From contig CAZPVD010000008.1 in the NCBI GenBank assembly GCA_964589935.1, forward strand, positions 48,596 to 112,595: a stretch of DNA of 64,000 nt, given 5' to 3'. This DNA is from an uncultured Verrucomicrobiota bacterium. Its GTDB lineage: Bacteria > Verrucomicrobiota > Verrucomicrobiia > Limisphaerales > VHCN01. Each line of letters starts with the position of its first letter. Position 1 is the first letter of the stretch. The position numbers and the translations under genes are program-made. The notes under the pieces are model-generated. The model searched no databases and had not been told where the DNA came from. It was given only the letters and a program-made list of their open reading frames with translations. Shown here piece by piece: positions 56,289 through 64,000 of this stretch.

Positions 56289-59096
56289 ATGACGCGCCTC
56301 CTGCGAACCCTTCCAGTTGCCCTTGCCGCATTGTCGCTTGCGGTGTTGCACGCGCCAGCGGCTGAGTCGTTCACGCCCGCGCAACTTGCCGCGTGGCAGC
56401 GCAGCCCGACGAACTTCACCGGCATCAGCACCGCGGCTGACAAGCTCGTGATGCATTCGGAGAATTGGGCTTCGCTGCTTGGCCCTTCCACACCGGAGCA
56501 CTTTGCTTTTGCCGCGACCGTCACCATCGAGGAGCCTGCGAAATCCGTGCGCTTCGCGGGCGAGGGGTGGACGGTGTGGACGGACTTCGGCTACAGCGAC
56601 GGCGGTTACGAGGCCGCGTTGCTCGCGCGCGTCAGCGACGGCCCCGACTGGCGCAGCAGTTCCGGCTATCGCGTGCAGCTCTCGCACAAGTTCCAGGAAG
56701 TCACGCTGCTCAAGTGGCCGATGGGCGGCTTCGTCCGCGTCGTGCCGTGCGAGGTGAAACTCAAGCAGCCGCATCGCGTCGAAGTCGTCGTCGCCGGGCC
56801 GTTCGTCACGGTGAAAGTGGACGGTCAGGAAAAAATCCGCTTCTTCGACCGCGAACTGCCTTTGCAGAAAGGCCGCGCGGGACTCGCTGTGAGCAGCGGA
56901 GCAAAAGTTTCGTTCAGCGATGTCACGCTGAATTCCGTCAGCGCGCCGCCGGCGGTTGCGGCGACGGTTCACGTTCCCGACTTCAAGCTCCGCGAGTGGC
57001 GCGGACGCCCGTGGGTCTTTGATGGCGCGGAACCGATCCTGCTTGTCGCGACGCCGCGCGCCGGCGACCCGTGCCACCAAAACGCCAAGCTGCGTCCCGG
57101 CCTCAAGCCGCTGCTGATGTGGAACGCGCACTGGGACCTCGCGAACCAGGGCGCGTTCAAGGAGGCGGACAGCAAGATCACCGAAGTCACCGCGAACGGC
57201 GGCGGCGACTCGCTCACGCTCTCGTGGAGCGCGCGGCACGTCGGCGACGCCTTCGAGGTTCGCTCGCGCATGAAGATTGGCTGGAACGCGGCGCAGCGGG
57301 TCTATGTTTATGACGTGGATTCGAGGCTGGAGATGCGGCCAGGCAAGCAGTTCACTTTCCGTTACGGTTTTGATTTTGAACATCACACAGCGCTCGACCC
57401 GTTCGCGTGGGAATCGCTTCTACTCAAAAGCGCCGACGGGCAAATGTTTCGCCGTCCGCTGACGCCTTACGACTCCGGCCCAATTGAAAATCTCGCGACG
57501 CAGGAAGGCTTCCGCGCGTGGGTCGGCCGGCGCGGCGAGCCGTTCATCGTCGGGCCGGTCGTGGAATACGAAATCAGTTCCGGCACGAGCACGGGCCGCA
57601 AACTCAACACCGCCGTGTGCGCGTGGGCCTACGACACGGGCGTGAGTTTCCCGACCGAGACACTCAAGGGCGGCGACAAGATTGAAGTGCGTTACCGCTA
57701 CACCGGTTTGCCTGCGGCGGAGTTGCTCACGATGCGCGAGCGAGCGACCGCGCCGCCGCTTCAGCGCACCGACCCGGCGCGGCATTTCATTTTCTGCGAC
57801 ACGTTTCCGAAAGTGGACTTCGCGCAGTTCGCGTCACTCGCGGACCCGTGGCCTTACGGGCGCGTGCCCTTCCTCAGCGGACACAACGCGCTGCCCCGCT
57901 ACGCGCTCGCGTCGAACACTGGTTTTCACGGCGGCTACGCGATGCGCCTCGGCCCACGCGGCCACGCCGTCGCGAACCTGCCGGTGAAACAGCCGCTCGC
58001 GCCGGGCCGCTACATCGTCAGTGCCTGGGCGAAGGCCGACAACCTCCTCGGCCCCGGTGCGAAAATGGAACTGCTGCTCACGAAGGACAACACCGGCCAC
58101 GGCTACGCGCGAATGAATTCGGCGAATGTGCTCAAGTCCGAGACGCACTACATCGGGACCGGCACGTTCGACTGGAAGCGTGTCGGCTTCATCAGTGCCA
58201 TCGCCAGCGGCGCGAAGAATCTCGCCGTCGAGTTCGACAATCCCGGCACAGGCGAAGTGCTGTTCACGGATTTTGAAATTCTGCCACTCGCGGAGCGCGC
58301 GCAACTCCCGCTCGGCATTTTATCCGCGCCAAATTCGGAACCCGCGCCGCTGCCGCCGAAGCCCGCGGGCGTTCTCGCGGACTACCGGATGCTCGAAGGC
58401 AAAGGACTGTTTGTTTTCGACAATGCAAACGGGCCGTTCGGCCTGCTTGAACTCGCGAACCTCGATTGGGTCGTCGCCGACGGCCATCACGCGCTGCGTT
58501 TCGCGGACAACACGAGCGGACGCCGCGAGTTCGCGACGTCGGGCGCGTTGGAGAACGGCTACTTCAACCATCCCTCTTACGCTGACAAGCACACGCTCCC
58601 CGTCGCCATTGCGGGTCTGCACGGCGGCGGTTTCGAGTTGCGCGGGCTGACAATGTCCGCCTTCATCAAGCCTGCGGCGGAAATGGGCAAGGCGCAGCAC
58701 GGCGGCAAGGGCGACATTCTCGGCGTGGGCGCGCGGCGATTCATCCTCGGACTTCACGGACAGAAGGCGCCGTATCGCCTCGCCGCCCGGCTGAACGCGA
58801 ATGACAAGGACATCTTCGAGGCACCCGACAATCTCGAAGCCGACCATTGGTATCATGTCGCGCTCACGGCGGAACCGGACAACGGCAAGTGGCATGTGAA
58901 ACTCTGGCTCGACGGCCGCATGGTCCGCGAAGGCGTCTCGCAGAAGTTTGACGCGCCCGCAAGCATCCCGCCCAGCATCGTCCTCGGCGCGGAGTTGTTC
59001 TATTTCCACGACGCGTATTTTCGCGGACTGATCGGCCGCACGACGGTCTTCGACCGCGCGCTTCCAGCGGAAGAAATCTCCACGCTCAAACCTTAG
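56289..59096 (+). CDS. Large secreted multi-domain beta-sandwich protein (DUF1080-like, CBM-like and C-terminal LamG-like regions)
   Basis: Signal peptide MTRLLRTLPVALAALSLAVLHAPAA; aromatic-rich beta segments; C-terminal WYHVALT..VKLWLDG..FRGLIGRTTVFDRAL LamG-like motif. Confidence 0.7.
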   Translation: MTRLLRTLPVALAALSLAVLHAPAAESFTPAQLAAWQRSPTNFTGISTAADKLVMHSENWASLLGPSTPEHFAFAATVTIEEPAKSVRFAGEGWTVWTDFGYSDGGYEAALLARVSDGPDWRSSSGYRVQLSHKFQEVTLLKWPMGGFVRVVPCEVKLKQPHRVEVVVAGPFVTVKVDGQEKIRFFDRELPLQKGRAGLAVSSGAKVSFSDVTLNSVSAPPAVAATVHVPDFKLREWRGRPWVFDGAEPILLVATPRAGDPCHQNAKLRPGLKPLLMWNAHWDLANQGAFKEADSKITEVTANGGGDSLTLSWSARHVGDAFEVRSRMKIGWNAAQRVYVYDVDSRLEMRPGKQFTFRYGFDFEHHTALDPFAWESLLLKSADGQMFRRPLTPYDSGPIENLATQEGFRAWVGRRGEPFIVGPVVEYEISSGTSTGRKLNTAVCAWAYDTGVSFPTETLKGGDKIEVRYRYTGLPAAELLTMRERATAPPLQRTDPARHFIFCDTFPKVDFAQFASLADPWPYGRVPFLSGHNALPRYALASNTGFHGGYAMRLGPRGHAVANLPVKQPLAPGRYIVSAWAKADNLLGPGAKMELLLTKDNTGHGYARMNSANVLKSETHYIGTGTFDWKRVGFISAIASGAKNLAVEFDNPGTGEVLFTDFEILPLAERAQLPLGILSAPNSEPAPLPPKPAGVLADYRMLEGKGLFVFDNANGPFGLLELANLDWVVADGHHALRFADNTSGRREFATSGALENGYFNHPSYADKHTLPVAIAGLHGGGFELRGLTMSAFIKPAAEMGKAQHGGKGDILGVGARRFILGLHGQKAPYRLAARLNANDKDIFEAPDNLEADHWYHVALTAEPDNGKWHVKLWLDGRMVREGVSQKFDAPASIPPSIVLGAELFYFHDAYFRGLIGRTTVFDRALPAEEISTLKP

Positions 59097-59167
59097 CGTG
59101 CTTCTCCGTTCGCCCCTTGTCTTCGATTGAATTCAGCGGCACCTTGTCTATGCGCCACGGCGCGGGC

Positions 59168-61507
59168 ATGAGTTCAACCGCAGCGACAACACCTTCACAA
59201 ACGAAGCCGCCAGCTTCGCCCAAATGCCTTGTCCGCTCCGTTGCGGGAACGATGCGCAACGAGCCGGCGCTCGAAGCGGTGACCATCACCCGCGGCGGCC
59301 AGCCCCGATCCATCGCACTCATGGGCAAACGCTCCGACCCAGAGCTGGAGCAGCGTGTCACTGTCGCAGTTGAGCAAGGCCGCGAGGCCAGCGAGCAGCA
59401 TCATTGCGCCCTGCTCGGCCGCGAGGGCGACTGCCACACGTGCGACATCCCACTCGGCGCGGACGAGGGCGCCGCAGTCACCGTCACGCGCGAGGCCGAC
59501 GGCCACACCGTCGCGCGCGTCACCTGCCCGACCGCGCCGCGCTTCTGGCACTGGCACGACCTCGCGTTGCCGAAGATCGTCCCGCGCGAGGTTGAAATCC
59601 CGGAGCCGGAAGACGACACGCACATCAACGAATGGAAACACCAGCTCGTCGCCGCGCTGATTTGTGGCGCGAGTGCGCTCGCGGCGCACTTCGCGGCGGG
59701 CGCAACGCAACTTGTCCTTTTCCTCGTGTCGTATGCCACAGGAGCGTGGTTCGCTGCCGAAGAAGTCTTGGAGCGACTCCAGCACCGCACGCTCGACGTT
59801 CACTTCCTCATGCTCGCCGTCGCGTTCGGCAGCGCGAGCATCGGCGCGTGGGCCGAAGGTGCGACGCTGCTGTTCCTCTTCAGTTTCTCCGGCGCGCTTG
59901 AACACTACGCGATGGGCCGCACGCAGCGCGAAATCCGCGCGCTCTTCAAGTCCGCGCCCAAAACTGCGACGGTGCTCGAAAATGGCCAGGAACGCGAAGT
60001 GCCCGTCGCCGAACTGCGTCCCGGCGCACGGCTGCTCGTGAAGCCCGGCGCGCAGTTTCCCGTGGATGGCGAAGTGGTATCAGGCCGCACCGCCGCCGAC
60101 GAATCGAACCTCACCGGCGAAGCCACGCCGGTTGAAAAAAGCGTTGGTGACAACGTGCTCGCCGGCACGATCAACGGCTGGGGCGTGGTTGAGACCATCG
60201 CCCTGCGGCCCGCGAGCGAGAGCGCGCTGGAACGCATCATCCGGCTCATCCGCGAGGCGCAGAAGATGCGCGCGCCTTCGCAGCGGTTCACCGACAAGTT
60301 CGGCACCGGCTACACATATGCCATTCTTGGCATATCTGCCGCGATGTTCCTCGTCTGGTGGCTTGCCTTCGGCCTGCCCCCGTTCGTCTCGACGGACACC
60401 GTGCGCAGCGCGTTCTACCGCACCATGACGCTGCTCGTGGTCGCGTCGCCGTGTGCGCTCGTGCTTTCGATTCCGTCCGCAGTCCTCGCGGCCATCGCGT
60501 GGGGCGCGCGGCGCGGCATCCTCTTCCGCGGCGGCGCGGCGGTCGAAGAACTCGCGGACGTGAACATCGTCGCGCTCGACAAAACCGGCACGCTCACGAC
60601 CGGCGAACTTCAAGTCGAGCGCGTCGAAAGTTTCCCGCCCGGACGTGAAGCTGAAGTTGCGTCGCTCGTGTTCTCGCTCGAACGGCTTTCCACGCACCCA
60701 CTCGCGCGCGCCATCACGCGGCACGGCAAACAGCACGCGCTGCCCGTCGTGAATTTCGAGCACTTCGAGTCCGTCACCGGCAGCGGCTTGAAGGCCGTGC
60801 GCGACGGCAAGACGTGCTGGCTCGGCAAGCGCGAGTGGGTCTGCGCGCAAGCCGGCAAAAGCGTCTGCGACACGGCAGAATCCCAGGCAGTCACAGCGGA
60901 ACCGGGCCACGCGGAAATCTGGTTCGCCGGGGACGGTCTGGTCGGACGCGTGCTGCTACGCGACGATTTGCGTCCGCAGGCGGCGGCGGTGCTCACGGAG
61001 CTTCGCCGCGAGGGATTGCACACGGTCGTGCTCACGGGCGACCGTCGTGACACAGCCGAATTGTTGAAGGAGCGGCTCCAACTCGAAGACGTGCGCGCCG
61101 AGTTGAAGCCCGAGCAAAAAGTCGCCGCCATCCGTGAACTTTCGCAGTCGGGCAAACGCGTCGCGATGATCGGCGACGGCGTGAACGACGCGCCAAGCCT
61201 TGCCGCCGCGCACGTCGGCGTGGCAATGGGCGCGCGCGGCTCGGACGCCGCACTCGAACAGGCCGCAGTGGTGCTGATGCACGACCGGCTGGAAAATTTT
61301 CTCGCCGCCTACCGCCTCAGCCGGCGCGCAAAGGCGGTCATCCGGCAGAACCTCGTCATCTCGCTCGGCACCGTCGCGGTGCTCGTCGCGTTGGCGATGT
61401 TCGGAATGATTCCGCTCACGCTCGGCGTCATCGGCCATGAAGGCAGCACGGTCGTCGTGGTGCTGAACAGTTTACGGCTGCTGTTTTCGGGAAGGGAGCA
61501 GAGTTAA
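59168..61507 (+). CDS. Heavy-metal-translocating P1B-type ATPase (P1B-4-like)
   Basis: ESNLTGE, VASPCAL (SPC), DKTGT, LTGD, MIGDGVNDAP, HEGST; start 59150 or 59168. Confidence 0.93.
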   Translation: MSSTAATTPSQTKPPASPKCLVRSVAGTMRNEPALEAVTITRGGQPRSIALMGKRSDPELEQRVTVAVEQGREASEQHHCALLGREGDCHTCDIPLGADEGAAVTVTREADGHTVARVTCPTAPRFWHWHDLALPKIVPREVEIPEPEDDTHINEWKHQLVAALICGASALAAHFAAGATQLVLFLVSYATGAWFAAEEVLERLQHRTLDVHFLMLAVAFGSASIGAWAEGATLLFLFSFSGALEHYAMGRTQREIRALFKSAPKTATVLENGQEREVPVAELRPGARLLVKPGAQFPVDGEVVSGRTAADESNLTGEATPVEKSVGDNVLAGTINGWGVVETIALRPASESALERIIRLIREAQKMRAPSQRFTDKFGTGYTYAILGISAAMFLVWWLAFGLPPFVSTDTVRSAFYRTMTLLVVASPCALVLSIPSAVLAAIAWGARRGILFRGGAAVEELADVNIVALDKTGTLTTGELQVERVESFPPGREAEVASLVFSLERLSTHPLARAITRHGKQHALPVVNFEHFESVTGSGLKAVRDGKTCWLGKREWVCAQAGKSVCDTAESQAVTAEPGHAEIWFAGDGLVGRVLLRDDLRPQAAAVLTELRREGLHTVVLTGDRRDTAELLKERLQLEDVRAELKPEQKVAAIRELSQSGKRVAMIGDGVNDAPSLAAAHVGVAMGARGSDAALEQAAVVLMHDRLENFLAAYRLSRRAKAVIRQNLVISLGTVAVLVALAMFGMIPLTLGVIGHEGSTVVVVLNSLRLLFSGREQS

Positions 61508-62358
61508 ACCCGGCGCTTCACCGCTCGCATCATCGCGCGCCAGTGCTTCGCGAGGAAGCGCGGATGTTCGAGGCTTTCGCGCGCATACTTCCCCGTAGCT
61601 TGCGCGAGTTCGAGATCGGCAACGATGAGCGATTCAGACAAGTTGTCCGCGAGCTTCAGCACGCTTCCGTCGGGCGCGACGATTTTGGAATCCCCCGCCG
61701 ACCACAGTCCACTGCCCTGCGGGCCAACCGAGTTGGCGAAAACATAGAAGATGGCGTTCTCCCACGCGCGCACCGTGATGCCGTCGCGTCCGCTGCGCTT
61801 GCGGCGTGAAACGGCCAGCGTGTCGAGGCCGGCGTTCGGATGAAAGAGCACACGCGCGCCGGCCATCACCGCGAGGCGCACCAACTCCGGATAGCGACGC
61901 TCGTGGCAGATAATCGCGGTGCAGCACACGCCATCGAGGTCAAAGAGCGCGATACCATCGCCCGGCGCGAAGAACTGCCGGTCGCGTTCCGTGAGCTGGC
62001 ACTTGGCGTAGGTGTGGACGACGCGCCCGCTACGGTCAAAGACCACGAGGCAATTTTGCCAGCGGCGTCCATAAGGAACGGGCGAGCCGATGAGCACGTT
62101 AATGCGATGCTTCAACGCAAGCAATCCGATGCGTTTCAATGCGGCCTGCAATTCCACGCGGTTGAGTTTGGAAAAGTCGCGGTTGTAGCCGGTCGTCGCG
62201 CATTCGGGAAAAAGGACTGCGTCGGCCCGGCGACGCGCGGCGTTGCGGATGGCACGCTCGATCTTCGCCAGATTTCCTCCAACCATCGCGGCAAACTTCA
62301 TCTGCACCGCGGCGACGCGCAGCGTGCGGGGCGAAGAGGCCGGGTTTGTCCGCGACAT
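61504..62358 (-). CDS. Carbon-nitrogen hydrolase (nitrilase superfamily)
   Basis: Catalytic triad in LFPECATTGY (E), YAKCQL (K), IICHERRYPE (C). Confidence 0.9.
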   Translation of the reverse strand: MSRTNPASSPRTLRVAAVQMKFAAMVGGNLAKIERAIRNAARRRADAVLFPECATTGYNRDFSKLNRVELQAALKRIGLLALKHRINVLIGSPVPYGRRWQNCLVVFDRSGRVVHTYAKCQLTERDRQFFAPGDGIALFDLDGVCCTAIICHERRYPELVRLAVMAGARVLFHPNAGLDTLAVSRRKRSGRDGITVRAWENAIFYVFANSVGPQGSGLWSAGDSKIVAPDGSVLKLADNLSESLIVADLELAQATGKYARESLEHPRFLAKHWRAMMRAVKRRV

Positions 62359-62364
62359 GAAGCG

Positions 62365-62393
62365 AGGCTAGTGGCTGCGCGGCGCGAGTGCAA
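62365..62393 (-). promoter_or_regulatory. sigma70-type promoter, likely leaderless (TTGCAC-N17-TAGCCT-N6-ATG)
   Basis: -35 at 62388-62393, -10 at 62365-62370, 6 nt before the ATG at 62358. Confidence 0.55.
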
Positions 62394-62478
62394 TCCGCGG
62401 GAGCTTGGACGACGATGCATTGTTCATTCGCCTCGCCCGCCGCTTTGTGCTTATTCTCCGGCATTCACGACATCATCC

Positions 62479-63210
62479 ATGCAACAGCAACCCAATTTCG
62501 ATCTCGGCCTCGACATCGGCCAGCTCATCGGCGGCGCGGTGTTGTGGATCGTTGGCGGATTCGCCGTCGCGATGCTCACTGCGTCCCTGCTGCATTTAAT
62601 CGGGCACGCGCTTGGTTTGTTTCAGCTCAAACGCATCGAGTCGCCGCGCAAGTTCCTCTGGTCGGTCGCGCTGATCGGCGTGTTCTTTTCGTGTATCGTC
62701 GGCGGATGGACGGGTCTCAAGGTCGGCGTGGTGCGCGCGGGCGGCGGGGCCCTGACGACCGCAGGGCCGAAGCTTTTGCAGTCGGGACTCGAACAAGGTT
62801 TGCGCTCGGCGGGCGTGACGAATTTCGCGGCCATCGAAGTAAAGCGCCTGGGCGAGCTCCTCGACGAGGCGGCCAAGGCCGAACTGCCGCCGATGGAGTT
62901 CCCCGGCGCGGACAAGTGGCGTGCGAAGGTGGAGGAGTTCCGCCGCAAGGCCATCGGGCAGGCGCGCGCCTTTCTCGATGCCAACGAAAAAAGGGAAACG
63001 CTTTCGCTCACCGACCTCGTGAACGACCTCTTCCCTAAACTCTCCGTCGAACTCGCAACGTGGACGCAGAACTTCACGCAACGGGAAATCAAATCGGGAC
63101 TGATTTGGATCGCAGGAATTGAAGCCGTCCTTGCTCTGATGTGCCTCATCGTTCGGGGCACGAGCGCGAAACCGAAAGCCGACGCCGCACCGCCGAAGTT
63201 AGCAGCCTAG
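62479..63210 (+). CDS. Hypothetical membrane protein
   Basis: MQQQPNFDLGLDIG start within ORF 61840..63210; two N-terminal TM helices, soluble helical region, C-terminal TM. Confidence 0.65.
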   Translation: MQQQPNFDLGLDIGQLIGGAVLWIVGGFAVAMLTASLLHLIGHALGLFQLKRIESPRKFLWSVALIGVFFSCIVGGWTGLKVGVVRAGGGALTTAGPKLLQSGLEQGLRSAGVTNFAAIEVKRLGELLDEAAKAELPPMEFPGADKWRAKVEEFRRKAIGQARAFLDANEKRETLSLTDLVNDLFPKLSVELATWTQNFTQREIKSGLIWIAGIEAVLALMCLIVRGTSAKPKADAAPPKLAA

Positions 63211-64000
63211 TGATGTGCCACGGTGACGAGCGCGTTTCGCATCGGCTCGATCAGCAAATCGGGGACGCAGCCGAGCACGATGACGCCGAGCGCCAGCGCG
63301 CCAAGCGCGATCCGCGCCGAAAGCGGCACGCTGATTTCGCCAGCCTCTCCCGGCGCCTCCACGACGAGCGCCTGTTTCAGCACCATCAGGTAGTAATAGA
63401 GCGACACTGCACTCATCGCGATGGCGACGATGACGAGCCAGAGCAGGCCGAGGTCCTTGGCCGAGTTCACCACGGCGACGAAAACGTAGAATTTCCCGAA
63501 GAATCCCGCCAGCGGCGGAATGCCCGCGAGCGACAGCATGAAGACCATCATGCACACCGCAAGCACCGGCGCGCGACGGCGCAGCCCAGCGAAATCCGTG
63601 AGCGTCGCGTCACCGCCTCGCTCCAGCACGCCCGCGACGCCGAGCGCGCCCACGACCGTCAGGCCGTAAGTGATGACGTAGTAGAGCAACGAGATGACGC
63701 CCTGCGCGTTGTTGCAGAGGATCGCGAGCAGCGCGTAGCCCGCGTGCGCGATGGCGGACCACGCGAGCAGCCGCTTGACACTCGTCTGCGCGATGGCGGC
63801 GAGGTTGCCGAGCAGCATCGAGAGCACGGCGAGCGTGGCGAGCAGCGGCATCCAGCCGGACGCAAACTGATGCCAGCCCGCGCTGCCTTCCGCGCCGTCG
63901 AAGCCGGTCATCATGACTTTCGCTAACAGGAAGAAGCTCGCGACCTTCGAGCCGCTCGCGATGAACGCCGCGGCCGGCGTCGGCGCGCCTTGATACGCGT
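63207..64000 (-). CDS. nuoN: NADH-quinone oxidoreductase subunit N (3' part; runs off window end)
   Basis: YQGAPTPAAAFIASGSKVA, LGNLAAIAQTSVKRLLAWSAIAHAGY, LSLAGIPPLAGFFGKF, SAVSLYYYL. Confidence 0.93.
   Translation of the reverse strand, partial: AYQGAPTPAAAFIASGSKVASFFLLAKVMMTGFDGAEGSAGWHQFASGWMPLLATLAVLSMLLGNLAAIAQTSVKRLLAWSAIAHAGYALLAILCNNAQGVISLLYYVITYGLTVVGALGVAGVLERGGDATLTDFAGLRRRAPVLAVCMMVFMLSLAGIPPLAGFFGKFYVFVAVVNSAKDLGLLWLVIVAIAMSAVSLYYYLMVLKQALVVEAPGEAGEISVPLSARIALGALALGVIVLGCVPDLLIEPMRNALVTVAHH

Overview
GC-rich bacterial chromosomal segment. Gene content (TIGR03790, DUF1501/DUF1549/DUF1553 and planctomycete-cytochrome proteins, dnaK-groES-groEL order, 'ERAAFIERACAGD' Ser/Thr kinase) points to the PVC superphylum, most likely Verrucomicrobiota; this is an inference. 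About 52 CDS: housekeeping genes (recN partial, fabD-fabG-acpP-fabF, glnD, lgt, RluA-family synthase, dnaK-groES-groEL, ugd, mutT, nuoN partial), three ECF sigma/anti-sigma modules, and transport and metabolic genes. I saw no tRNA, rRNA, transposase, integrase or CRISPR. Highlights: (1) a close match to the c-di-AMP (ydaO/yuaA) riboswitch upstream of an SPFH/band-7 membrane protein; (2) a 17 kb same-strand cluster of unknown function with five tandem Tat-type DUF1501 paralogues, a heme-motif DUF1549/DUF1553 protein, a sixth DUF1501, a PPC-domain protein and a cytochrome c/WD40 protein; (3) a sigma54-type promoter, with no CIRCE seen, ahead of dnaK-groES-groEL; (4) a palindromic element built of 11-bp modules that supplies the fabD stop codon; (5) several apparently leaderless promoters. 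Family names come from motif recognition only; no database searches were run.
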